NCBI RefSeq assembly: GCF_001194135.2
Contig: NC_068988.1
Coordinates: 83,915,240-83,979,239, forward strand
Direction: 5' to 3'
Origin: Octopus bimaculoides
Taxonomy: Eukaryota
DNA length: 64,000 bases
A program made the position numbers and the translations under genes. Within the stretch, counting starts at the first letter, position 1. Every line of letters starts with the position of its first letter. This document shows, one piece after another, positions 1 to 11,829 of this stretch. The notes beneath the pieces are model-generated. The model saw only the letters and a program-made list of their open reading frames with translations, made no database searches and had not been told where the DNA came from.

Positions 1-369
1 GTGACCAGCGTTGTGTAAAGAGAAAGAGTAGCAGAGGGAAAAGAAGGGGAGGAAGTAGAATAAAAGTGAGTAACGAGAGGTAGAGAGGGAGAGAGATAGT
101 AGTAGTAATGGTGAGAGGCGAAGGACGAGCAACAAGAGATAGAGAGAGAGATAGATAGTAGTGACAGGGAGAGGCAAAGAACAGTAGAGGGAAGAATGAG
201 AGGGGGAGATAGATGCAGAGATAGAGAGAGTCGCGTTAGAAAAATAGTTAAAACTTACTGTATAAAGGTTAACGCGTGCATTCTGTCGTGATACAAACAA
301 TATATGAGTATATGCATATATATGTACATGTATATATATATACATATATATATTTATACTTACTTCTCC

Positions 370-1400
370 AAAAAACTGGTATAAATATCAAAATTATGAT
401 CATAATTATAACTAAAAAAATTCTTTGTGGTTAATTATTCTCTTTGGTAAGAAAATAAATTATAATTTTTTCAAATTGTTCAATACAGCAATATGAAAAT
501 ATTTTCCTGTAAATCATAGATATCATGAAATTTTTAACAAACACAAGCTCCATTTGGCTTATTCAAATAGCAGAAACATTGCACAAATAATGGCAGCTCA
601 TAATCAAAAAATAATATTGAAACTTCAAAAAGGCCATTCTAATCTGACTAGGAAAGTAAATATTCAGAATAATATGTCAAACTGAACAAGAAAACTCAAA
701 TGGAAGAAAACACTAAGAATTTAAAAGTTGTGGGAAGGGAAACAACCCAATTTAATTTCTTTAATGATGTAGAATCAGATAAAAATCTGCTAGAAATGGA
801 ACAAATATAACGTTATGTTATATTTGTTCCATATCATATTTGTTCTATGTAAATAGTAATAAAGAATTAAGTAAAAATGAATTTTATTTTACCACAAACA
901 ATCAAATTAATACCAAATCTGAGAGAACTATAAAAAATTATCCCTGCAATTGTTCTAAACAGGACTCCTGTTATGTTAATAATAATAAATGTAAAATTAA
1001 AAATGTAATTTATGTTGTGTCTAGACTGAAGGATATGAATACTTTTATATTGGTCCAACTTCACTAATTTTCAAAAGACTGGCTAATCCCTTAAATTAAT
1101 TTAGAGATAAAAATAGAAAATTCCAAACAAGTCTAAGTAGGTTAATCTGATTGATTAAAGACAGAAACAAAAACCATACTATCAATTGGGAATTAATTAG
1201 TACTGAAAACCTTATGGACCAGGAATTAAGAAAAGTGACTTATGTATAGAAGTTTACCAAATTTTTACATCTGAGGATTATATAGTAATAACTAGACAAG
1301 CTTTAAGATGCATATGAGAAAATTTACCTTTGCTCAGTGTAAATGAGATATAAATATTTAAACAATGAAATTTTTTTGTTAACAACTGACAATAAAGAAT
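370..1400 (+). mobile_element. Decayed Penelope-like element (thumb region + GIY-YIG endonuclease)
   Basis: Broken frames give ..IFPVNHRYHEIFNKHKLHLAYSNSRNIAQIMAAHNQK.., CNCSKQDSCYVNNNKCKIKNVIY, YIGPTSLIFKRLAN, INWELI, KCDLCIE; multiple stops. Confidence 0.75.
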
Positions 1401-1719
1401 AAACAAGTGATTATTCAATCAATACTTGGAATTGTAGATAGTTCGCATCTAAATTAATGTACAACTCCACATCATTGAATTCAAAGAAAATCAACATAAA
1501 ACTTTAACCAGTTAAATTTAAAGGGATATTAAAGTGAAAACCCTGAAGAAAGTACAGCGGTATTATAGTAAGGTTGCAACCAAAACATATCTAGATCTAT
1601 TGAGGCTGTGTTTATTTTTAAAAATGAATTAAAGGTAATGCTAATGCATCTTCGTCATAATCCTTATAATTATTATTATTATTATTATTGATATATATAT
1701 ATCGCAAAAAATTCCAAAT

Positions 1720-2560
1720 TTTATTTAATTTGCTTTGCGAGAAAGACTGTTCCAACAAAGTCACGTATTGTCCTTGCCTTCGAAACTCGGAGTAGATGGA
1801 ACAGGGACAGCTGACGAAGGGGTATACTGTTTATGTTGCATGTCTTGTTTCTGTTTGTTTTTTTCGTTGTTCGAAAAAAGTTCATTTTCTGTTTTCGTTT
1901 CTATGTTTTCGTTTCTCATTGTGTTTAATGTTTTTTTTATGTCCTTTACCCATATATGCATGTATGTATACATATAGATGTAGGTATGTTCATATGTGTA
2001 TGGATATATGCATATATTTATATATTATTTATATTATTATATGATCGAATGCCACGCATCCTTTTCCAAGTAAGTTTTATCTTGATAATTACAATGTGCA
2101 CTCTTCTACTATCTCTTCCCTGTCTATCTCTCTCCCTCTCTTGTTCTTCATCCTTTCTGTTTTTCTCTCCCACCCTTTCTCTATTCTTCTCTCCCTTTCA
2201 CCGTTCCCTCTCTCTCTCTCACTCTTCCTCCTTGACTCTCTCATCGCTGACACGTGACGAAAGGTGTTCTCTCTTTCTGCCCACTACCTTCCTAAAGAGT
2301 AGATGGAACAGGGACAACTGACGAAGGGTTATACTCTTTATGTTGCATGTCTCATTTCTCTGTTTGTTTTTTTCGTTGTTCGAAAAAAGTTCGTTTTCTG
2401 TTTTCATTTTTATGTTTTCATTTCTCATTGTGTTTAACGTTTTTTTTTTATGTCCTGTAACCCATATATTCATGTATATATACATATAGATGTAGGTATG
2501 TACATATATGTATGGATATATGCATATATTTATATATTATTTATATTATCATCATCATCA
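1720..2560 (+). repeat. Two tandem copies of a Penelope-type terminal repeat (about 1790-2040 and 2298-2550); third copy inverted at about 3665-3920
   Basis: Shared block agtagatggaacagggaca(g/a)ctgacgaaggg...tttatgttgcatgtc...ttcgttgttcgaaaaaag...; lies directly 3' of the PLE ORF remnant. Confidence 0.65.
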
Positions 2561-2604
2561 TCATCATCATCATCGTTTAACAATATATATATTTATATAT
2601 ATAT

Positions 2605-3484
2605 NNNNNNNNNNNNNNNNNNNNNNNNNNNNNNNNNNNNNNNNNNNNNNNNNNNNNNNNNNNNNNNNNNNNNNNNNNNNNNNNNNNNNNNNNNNNNNNN
2701 NNNNNNNNNNNNNNNNNNNNNNNNNNNNNNNNNNNNNNNNNNNNNNNNNNNNNNNNNNNNNNNNNNNNNNNNNNNNNNNNNNNNNNNNNNNNNNNNNNNN
2801 NNNNNNNNNNNNNNNNNNNNNNNNNNNNNNNNNNNNNNNNNNNNNNNNNNNNNNNNNNNNNNNNNNNNNNNNNNNNNNNNNNNNNNNNNNNNNNNNNNNN
2901 NNNNNNNNNNNNNNNNNNNNNNNNNNNNNNNNNNNNNNNNNNNNNNNNNNNNNNNNNNNNNNNNNNNNNNNNNNNNNNNNNNNNNNNNNNNNNNNNNNNN
3001 NNNNNNNNNNNNNNNNNNNNNNNNNNNNNNNNNNNNNNNNNNNNNNNNNNNNNNNNNNNNNNNNNNNNNNNNNNNNNNNNNNNNNNNNNNNNNNNNNNNN
3101 NNNNNNNNNNNNNNNNNNNNNNNNNNNNNNNNNNNNNNNNNNNNNNNNNNNNNNNNNNNNNNNNNNNNNNNNNNNNNNNNNNNNNNNNNNNNNNNNNNNN
3201 NNNNNNNNNNNNNNNNNNNNNNNNNNNNNNNNNNNNNNNNNNNNNNNNNNNNNNNNNNNNNNNNNNNNNNNNNNNNNNNNNNNNNNNNNNNNNNNNNNNN
3301 NNNNNNNNNNNNNNNNNNNNNNNNNNNNNNNNNNNNNNNNNNNNNNNNNNNNNNNNNNNNNNNNNNNNNNNNNNNNNNNNNNNNNNNNNNNNNNNNNNNN
3401 NNNNNNNNNNNNNNNNNNNNNNNNNNNNNNNNNNNNNNNNNNNNNNNNNNNNNNNNNNNNNNNNNNNNNNNNNNNNNNNNNNNN
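2605..3484. other. Assembly gap (others: 6018-6075, 16889-17429, 39800-39862, 59850-60585)
   Basis: Runs of N. Confidence 1.
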
Positions 3485-3989
3485 ATATATATATCATCAT
3501 CATCATCATCATCGTTTAACGTCCGCTTTCCATGCTAGCATGGGTTGGACGATTTGACTGAGGACTGGTGAAACCAGATGGCAACACCAGGCTCCAATCT
3601 AAATTTGGCAGAGTTTCTACAGCTGGATGCCCTTCCTAACGCCAACCACTCAGAGAGTGTAGTATATATATATAATATAAATAATACATAAATATATGCA
3701 TATATACAGACATATATGTAAATACCTACATATATAGGTATATATACATGCATATATGGGCACAGGACATTAAAAAACGTGAACAAAATGAGAAACGAGA
3801 ACATAAAAAACAAAAATATAGAAAACAAACTTTTTTTTTCAAACAACGAAAGAAACAAATAGAGAAACAAGACAGGCAACATAAAGAACATTCCCTTCAT
3901 CAGTTGTACCCTGTTTTATACATGCAGAGTAGTTTTATCTATCTATCTATATATATGTATATGTGCATGTGTGAGTATGTATGTACATA

Positions 3990-5453
3990 CAGTATCTCAC
4001 AGAAGTATGTACACCACTAAAAAATTGCAGTAAAATTGACATTACTGTGATAATATTGAAGAAAATCAAATGAAATCTATACTGAATAAAATATATTATA
4101 CATGCAAACATTATACAAATTTGGAAAGCAATAAACATTTTCAAATATATGAACAAAATATTAATTTTCAAACAATGCAAAAATATGTACAACCTAATGG
4201 ATTATTTGTTATATTCAATATTTGGTGTGACCGCCCTTGCTTGCAATGACTGCATTAAGTCTTCTGGGCATAGAGTCGACTAAATTTCTGCATATAACCA
4301 ATGAAATCGACCTTCATTCATCCTGAATGATGTCTTTCAACTGTGTTACATTGCAGGGATTTTTTGTCCCCAAACTTCCTTTTCAAAACGCCCCACGGAT
4401 GTTCTATTGGGTATAAATTAGGTGACATGGTAGGCCAAGACAATACCATTACCTTTTTGATAAAAGATTTATTTGTCATAAAACTTAGTTGTCATCTTTG
4501 AAATATGTTTAGGGTCATTTTCATGTTGGAACATGGAATGTCTTCTTAGTTCCTTGATGCTTTTCAACATTGTTTTCTGCAATATGTCACAATAAAGCCT
4601 TGACTCCATTGTTCCCCCAATAAATGTGAGTCCTCCCACACCAGTCATACTCATGCATCCCCAAAGCATAACATTTCCACCGCCATATTTCACAAGAGGC
4701 ACAGTGCATTTGTCGCTATTATCTTCACCTGGTCATTGCCATACTCGTTTAATACCATCTGACCCAAACAAGTTGATTTTAGTCTCGTCAGAAGAAAGAA
4801 TTTTATTCCAAAACTCCTTCCCCTTACTCACATAGGTTTCAGCAAAAGAAAGATGACTTGATTTATGTCTGGTAGTGAGGAGAGGCTTCCTACGAGGAAT
4901 GTATCCATGAAGACCACACTGGTTCAATCTTCAGTGAACTGTTTGGGCGGATATATTCTTTCCACTAATAGAAGACACTTCTTTGGCCAAAGGTGAAGTG
5001 GTACAACACCTGTCGTCCATCATGCAATGTTGAATGTGGAGAATATCATCTGCAGTTAAAACAGAAGGACAACCTAGATGATGTTTATTGCCTTGCCATC
5101 CAGTAGCTTTGTACTTCTGAATTACTTTGGCAACTGTGTTTAAGCTAATATGTATTTGTTTACTAATTAACTTGTATCCTAAATCATTCTTATGCAAATT
5201 AAAAATAATTTTCTTCAAATCACCAGACAATTATTTTCCTTTTGGTGCTATTTTAATCACAATGAAGAAGATTTTCAACATGGTGCACAAATCAGAACTC
5301 CTGCAGATGCAATAACAGTGACCGGTGCAAACATGCCAGGAGAAATAATTCATTAGAATTGAAATTATAAGCAATATCTGAATTTAGTAAAAAAAAGTGG
5401 ATAAAATGTTGAATATAGCAAATTTCCTTTAGGGTGTACATACTTTGTGAGAT
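3990..5453 (-). mobile_element. Tc1-family DNA transposon, decayed, with TIRs
   Basis: Left end TA|CAGTATCTCACAGAAGTATGTACACC; right end GGTGTACATACTT-TGTGAGAT (5433-5453); internal transposase remnant. Confidence 0.9.
4215..5230 (-). pseudogene. Tc1 transposase pseudogene (frameshifted)
   Basis: HTH region GYKLISKQIHISLNTVAKVIQKYK; RRKPLL; SDETKINLFGSDG; VKYGGGNVMLWGCM; FQHENDPKH; WPTMSPNLYPIEHPW; SMPRRLNAVIASKGGHTKY*. Confidence 0.9.
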
Positions 5454-5496
5454 GAATCAGCAAGGAGTACGGTTGGACATTTATTTTCAATCACTA

Positions 5497-5843
5497 CAAT
5501 TGTTTCTATGCAACATAGTTCCCTAGGCATGCAGGGACTTGATTATGCAACTGTTTCCCGACATTATGAGATCTAGTTGTGTTTCAGGTGATATTTAAAT
5601 ATTTGTCTCCGTAAGTTTGCCAACGATCCTTTAGCAACAACACACCTTGATAAACACAGTGACTATTACTAAACTCAAGCCACAACAGACAGAGAGGATG
5701 CTCTTGAAGCCGAGAATTTGAACTTACGGAGATAATATTTATATATTGCCTGAGGAAACACAACTAGATCTCATAATGCAGGGAAATGGTTGCATAATGA
5801 AGTACCTGTACACCTGGAGAACTATGTTGTGTAGAAGCAATTG
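5497..5843. mobile_element. Foldback MITE with ~120-bp TIRs and TA target duplication
   Basis: TA|CAATTG...CAATTG|TA; arms 5497-5617 and 5721-5843 are imperfect reverse complements. Confidence 0.8.
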
Positions 5844-5948
5844 TAATGATTGAAAATAAATTTCCACCCATACTCCTTGTTGTCTCCAAGTTTTTCCAGT
5901 TATATATCTATATCTATATCTATCTATCTAGCTATCTATCTATCTATT

Positions 5949-6017
<69 letters not shown>

Positions 6018-6075
6018 NNNNNNNNNNNNNNNNNNNNNNNNNNNNNNNNNNNNNNNNNNNNNNNNNNNNNNNNNN

Positions 6076-6164
6076 TTCAGAAATAGCAGCTAAAAAAGCT
6101 GACACTCCAACAGATAGCATTACTATCTGTTGGAGTCTCAGCTTTTTTAGCTGCTATTTCTGAA
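6076..6164. repeat. 42-bp-arm hairpin with a 5-nt loop
   Basis: 6076-6117 pairs with 6123-6164 with one C/C mismatch; starts right at a gap edge. Confidence 0.85.
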
Positions 6165-6346
6165 CTTCAGTATGTGGTGAAGCAAATATTTGCTGATCCC
6201 TTAATTATGTTTATAAATGTATATGAACTTTTAAATAAGTTCTCCACCGATAATGGTGCTTACATACCGAAGGGCTTGGTAAAAATTATTAATTGTTGAT
6301 TTATTAATAAATTAATAAATTGATAAACCTTTACCCTTTTAATTTG

Positions 6347-6382
<36 letters not shown>

Positions 6383-6496
6383 TATATATGTACATATATA
6401 TATTTGCATCTATGTGTGTGTGTGTGCATATCTGTGCATGTGTACATGTGTGTGTGAGTGTGTGTGTGTGTGTATGTGTGTGTGTGTGCATGCGTG

Positions 6497-6532
<36 letters not shown>

Positions 6533-7286
6533 GTTTTGTTGTTGCTGCTACTATTATTGTAGTTGTTTCATCCTAGGTCAGCCCTCATCAAGTTGACCTA
6601 TGGTCAAAGGCTCTTGGACATAATCGTTGTAACCATCTCTTTATTTTTCCTCTTTCTATCAGATCCCCCTCTCCATCTATCTTTCCCTCTATCTCTCTCT
6701 CTCTTTCTGTATGCATAAACATTCAACTATGAATGCATTGCATCTGATAACAGAAACAGCTGTAAGCTAATGACGTTCATAATGTAATTTTTTATTTCCT
6801 TGTCATTTTAATTTCTTATATACATACATACATACATACATACATACATACATACATACATACATACATACATACTTATACTTGTAATTATTGGAGCCCT
6901 GTGATGTGTAACACACTGCCTAAATACCAATCTATAGAAATTAGGCTTCTCAAAACCAGAAAGGAGAAAGCTAATTCGAAGACTACAGATCCAATCCATC
7001 ACTGGAACTGCAAAAATCTGTAAAACTTTCCAGAAGTTTATCATTTAAATATATATGAGCATGTCCAGATATGTAACTTTACGCATGAAAATACATACAT
7101 AAAACATACAAATCTGCACATACATACATACATACAAACAAATATACCCTGTTGTTGATGTTAAAATTCCAATGAAGGAACCTTGGATCTAGGTTAGAAA
7201 CCGGTTCTTTCTCTGTTGGCCAGAAATCTTGAAATAAACTGAATAGTGACTGACATACATATATTCTTTTCTTTTTTCTTTTTCAG

Positions 7287-7395
7287 AAGACTGCAAAATT
7301 CAAAAGAGCTGATGCCCACGTTATTGGGCACAGCTTGGGTTCTCATATTGCTGGCTATGCAGGGGCTAGACTTCCTGGACTGGGACGCATAACAG
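7287..7395 (+). CDS. Pancreatic lipase-related protein, first visible coding exon (catalytic Ser)
   Basis: ttttcAG|...|GTcag; translates KTAKFKRADAHVIGHSLGSHIAGYAGARLPGLGRIT(G); nucleophile elbow GHSLG (Ser codon 7332-7334); 109 nt, phase 0 to 1. Confidence 0.95.
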
Positions 7396-7505
7396 GTCAG
7401 TATCTGCTGGTGATGGTACTACAGGTAGTGTGTTGGTGGTGGTGGTGATAATTAAATATTTATTAGTGATATTATTGATGATGGTATTATTAATACTAGT
7501 GGGTT

Positions 7506-7720
7506 GGCTGTGAGCTGGCAGAATTGTTATAGCATGCCTGGCAAAATGCTTAGTAGTGCTTCGTCTGCCTTTATGCTCTGAGTTCAAATTCCGCAGAGGT
7601 TAACTTTGCCTTTCATCCCTTTATGGTTGATAAAATAAGTACCAGTTGAGCACTGAGGTCAATGTAATCAACTTAGCCCCTCCCTCGAAATTACTAGCCT
7701 TGTGCCAGAATTTAAAATCA
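7506..7720 (+). mobile_element. tRNA-derived SINE family A. Other copies: 10524-10660 +, 10876-11033 -, 11320-11465 +, 15921-16135 -, 38635-38995 -, 39492-39729 -, 45305-45525 -, 49195-49400 -, 55090-55310 -, 59435-59630 -, 62160-62250 +
   Basis: GAGCTGGCAGAA..TGAGTTCAAATTCCGC.GAGG..ACTTTGCCTTTCATCC..GATAAA..AAGTACCAG recurs at least 12 times. Confidence 0.85.
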
Positions 7721-7826
7721 GTATAAATACTAGTGGTTCTGCTAATTTACATTATAACTTACATTGTTTTGGTTCCAAAAAAACAATTAAAACATTATAT
7801 GTATGTATGTATGTATGTATGTATAT

Positions 7827-8120
7827 ATGTATAGGAGAATTCACGAAAAAACAACAGACGAAGACAGGTGGTGTAAACAACAAATGGATGTATTAGTATA
7901 ACACTCGGGAATAGAGAAAGTCTTTAACATTTCGAGCCTACGCTCTTCAACAGAAAGGAACACAGAAAGAAACAAGTCTTTCTGTGTTCCTTTCTGTTGA
8001 AGAGCGTAGGCTCAAAATGTTAAAGACTTTCTCTATTCCCGAGTGTTATACTAATACATCCATTTGTTGTTTACACCACCTGTCTTCGTCTGTTGTTTTT
8101 TCATAAATTCTCCCATACAT
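7827..8120. repeat. 144-bp-arm palindrome made of two inverted Penelope-type terminal fragments
   Basis: 7827-7970 vs 7977-8120, 4 mismatches, 6-nt loop; same family as the fragment at about 32790-32930. Confidence 0.9.
7921..7957 (-). ncRNA. Minimal type I hammerhead-like motif (degenerate)
   Basis: CCTTT-CTGTTGA-A-GAGC(GTAG)GCTC-GAAA-TG-TT-AAAGA; the mirror copy on + (7990-8026) has GAAA changed to AAAA. Confidence 0.55.
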
Positions 8121-8492
8121 AGCACACGCTCACGTGGTCGCACCAGCTAATCCTGTCTCTACTCATCACACATGAACTTCTGGACTCTCTACTTTTTTTC
8201 ATTCTAGATTATTTATTCTGAACTTTGCACTCTCCGGCTGCACCTCTCCTGCTTACGGATTACACTGTACCTATCTACTATATATGTATATATGTATGCA
8301 TGTATGCATATATGTATATTTGTATATATTTATAAATGCAGATATTCATATATTAATTAATGTACTGAGGCAGTGTGTCTATAAGTAAGTTTGTAAATGA
8401 TGTACATGTCTTCACAGGTCTAATGTCTATCATATCTAATCGAAATTTATTGACCACTATCACTGTTGTTATTCATTCTAATTTTCCCCCAG

Positions 8493-8609
8493 GTCTTGAC
8501 CCTGCTGGACCCTATTTTGAAGGAACTGCTACAAAGGTAAGGCTGGACTCTTCAGATGCTACTTTTGTGGACACAATTCACAGTGATGCACGGAACATTT
8601 TGCGTTTAG
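8493..8609 (+). CDS. Pancreatic lipase-related protein, exon with catalytic Asp
   Basis: ccccAG|...|GTaag; (G)[38 protein letters not shown](G); 117 nt, frame continuous with the previous exon. Confidence 0.95.
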
Positions 8610-8675
8610 GTAAGATGTACTTTTCTTTGAGGCACCTACATCACCATCATACACACATGCACATGCACACACACA

Positions 8676-8726
<51 letters not shown>

Positions 8727-9358
8727 ATATATGCAGATATACACACACTGAGACATTAACTCACAACCACATGGTTGCTTGACTTATAATAAATAATAGC
8801 CAAATCAACCTCATATCATATCCTTGTTTATTAAGATTCGTTATGGCAGTCCGTCGGTTACAACAACAAGGGTTCCAGTTAATCTGATCAATGGAACAGC
8901 CTGCTTGTGAAATTAATGTGCAAGTGGCTGAGCACTCCACAGACACGTGTACCCTTAACGTAGTTCTTAGGGAGATTCAGCATGACACAGAGTGTGACAA
9001 GGCTGGCCCTTTGAATTACAGGCACAACAAAAACAGGAAGAAAGAATGAGTGAAAGTTGTGGTGGAAGAATGCAGCAGGGTTCGCCACCACACCCTGCTG
9101 GAGCCTCGTGGAGCTACAGGTGTTTTCACTCAATAAACACTCACAGCACCTGGTCTGGAAATCGAAACAGCGATCCTATGACCGCGAGTCCACTGCCCTT
9201 ACTGGGTCATTGCGCTTCCACTATTATAAATAAGACTCATTATATCTGAGGAAACAAATGTGATGGTCACAGCTTGAGTGTCTTTGATCATAAATCTGCT
9301 TGATTAAAGATGGCCTGGATTTAAACAGCACCACAACCACCACCATCACTACTAACAA

Positions 9359-9398
<40 letters not shown>

Positions 9399-9413
9399 CA
9401 CATACACACACAA

Positions 9414-9451
<38 letters not shown>

Positions 9452-9775
9452 GCATGCACATACATTTGGTTTACATTTCCCATTTTTTAGACACAAGGGA
9501 TTTTGAATAAGTAACTTAAATATTAAAATACTTTCTGAATTTAAAAGAAATAAATTATTGTCTCTGTGACCATAAAATCAAATCTCAGTTCTTCTAAAGC
9601 TCTTGGCTTTTATTATTTTCAAATTGTATTCAGAGTGTATTTCATATCATAATCTACCTCAGATATATTTCAGCATCACCCTTGTTTCTGACATTGTGGT
9701 CATCATAGTGGTCGGTGTTACTATCATCATCATTATCTGTAGAAAAGGTGATGTTAACCTGTTCATGTGAGAGTT

Positions 9776-9920
9776 GCCATCATCATCATCCTCATCCCTA
9801 TCATCATCATCCTCATCCCTATCATCATCATCATCATCATCACCGTCGTCATCGTCTTTGTCGTCGTCATCGTCTTCGTCGTCGTCATCGTCTTCGTCGT
9901 CGTCGTCGTCGTCGTCGTCG

Positions 9921-9972
<52 letters not shown>

Positions 9973-9975
9973 TGA
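9776..9975. repeat. Compound (CAT)n/(CGT)n microsatellite
   Basis: Direct reading; explains the poly-H/S/I/M ORFs in the track. Confidence 0.95.
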
Positions 9976-10655
9976 TGTCTGTTCTTCCAAACCTGGTCCA
10001 AGTAGTGAGTTAGTATTTCCAGTTTCTATCTTCCGAAATGTACCAGGGAACTACATCTCTCTCATCTATTCTATTCTTGGCATGGTTTCTGTGGTTAGAT
10101 ACCCATCATGTCCCCAACAACTTTTAAAATGTACCTGGTGAATTTTATCACAGCATCAGCCCTAGAGGGGTTGTTGAATCCTCAGTAACTCTGAAAAGAC
10201 CATTTAACTCTAAGTTGTCCCCTTTCATTCACCAACAACTTTATAGAATGTTTTGGGTGCATTTTGACATAACACCAGCACTAAAAAGAATATTTGCCAT
10301 AAAGGTACAACACCAACTTTTCAGACACTGACGATCAGGAACCTCTTATAATCACATTTCAGGAATTTCAAATTCCCACGGCCACCAAACTAGTTTACTG
10401 GTATCTTGCACAGAGTAGTACATTGCACAGTACAGTATTAATGAACTTTCATCTTTATACTAATGTACAGGTACCAGTATTTCATTTAATTACTTAGGTA
10501 AATTTAATAATTGCTTAATTAACGGTGGTGAGCTAGCAGAATCGTCAGCATGCCAGGAAAAATGCTCAGTGGCATTTCATCCGTCATTACATTCTGCATT
10601 CAAATCCCACTGAGGTCAACTTTGCCTTTCATCATTTGGGGTTGATAAAATAAAT

Positions 10656-10658
<3 letters not shown>

Positions 10659-10747
<89 letters not shown>

Positions 10748-10755
10748 GAGAGAGA
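10659..10755. repeat. (GA)n microsatellite
   Basis: Direct reading; one of many (TA)n, (CA)n, (GA)n, (TACA)n and (AAT)n tracts. Confidence 0.95.
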
Positions 10756-11686
10756 GTAATGATAGTAGAACAAGAGTGAGAGGGTAAAAGAAGAGAGATT
10801 ATGTTGAGAGAAAGTGGCAGGAATGAGATGGTGGTAAAAGAAGGAGTAATAGACAGTAAAAAACAAACAACATATTGGTTTCAAAGTTTGATACAAGGCT
10901 AGTAATTTTGTGGGTGGGATTAAGTTGATTAAATCGACCCCAGTCATAGAATGAAAGGCAAAGTTGATTCTGGCAGCATTTGAATCCAGAGTGTAAAGAC
11001 AGTTGATATGCAGTTGATATGCCAGCTCACCGCTTTAAATTGGCAACAACATATTGGTAAGGAGATTGACTAAAAACACCACACGAGTGGTATGATAGGG
11101 AAAAAACGAAAGGAAAGAGTATTGGAAATCTGTGTGATAGAAGAGGGAGTAATGAGAAGAGATAGAGTGACTGAAAGTAATAAAGATGGGTGATAATAAG
11201 AAAAAGACAGAGTGACAAATTGTAACAGAGATAGGGGATAGTAAGAGAGGGTGGTCTGGGGGAGAGGAAGTCATGGTTAGCAGTTCAAATATATTTCATT
11301 CAATGTATATATGTTTACTCATTCTGAGTTCAAATTCCGCTGTGGTCGACTTTGCCTTTCATCCTTTCGGGGTCACTAAATTATGTACCAGTTGTGTACT
11401 GGGGTTGATCTAATTGATCAATTTCAGGCCTTGAGCCTCCCACAAAATTTTGGGCCTTGTGCCTAGTGTGTACTGCTAACATGTCATCTTATCATATAGT
11501 GAAAGCATTATATAATCTCTAGCTGACTAACAAAGAACTAAGACTTCAAATGTGCTATTTGACAATATTGTAAGCTATAAATATTTCACATTTTTATAGT
11601 TTTCTGTAATCATTTAATATTTTAGTAAGCTTCAAACATTTCATAAATAATTATATAGTTTACTGTACAAATACCATGTCTTTCAG

Positions 11687-11803
11687 GTTTTGGTATGCAT
11701 CAAGCTTGTGGTCATGTAGACTATTTTCCAAATGGAGGAAATCATCAGCCAGGTTGTGCCAAAGATCCTTTTACATTTCTTGCAATTAATGGAATTGAGG
11801 GAG
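11687..11803 (+). CDS. Pancreatic lipase-related protein, exon (GHVDYFPNGG, start of lid)
   Basis: tttcAG|...|GTaag; (G)FGMHQACGHVDYFPNGGNHQPGCAKDPFTFLAINGIEG(G); 117 nt. Confidence 0.95.
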
Positions 11804-11829
11804 GTAAGTAAACTTTAATTTTTATTTGG

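Noticed and set aside
2530-3535. Same (CAT)n-CGTTTAAC junction on both sides of the gap as a real duplication
   Set aside because: Could be a contig-end overlap artefact; cannot be judged without reads.
2450-3557. Long ORFs of 190-362 aa in the track (also 16767-17489 and 59833-60725)
   Set aside because: They are open only because they run through N gaps.
1-7286. Missing 5' exons of the lipase gene
   Set aside because: No segment with a VDW-type motif and proper splice sites was found; they probably lie upstream or in the 2605-3484 gap.
9715-10141. Poly-His/Arg, poly-Ser, poly-Ile and poly-Met ORFs
   Set aside because: Translations of a (CAT)n/(CGT)n microsatellite inside a lipase intron.
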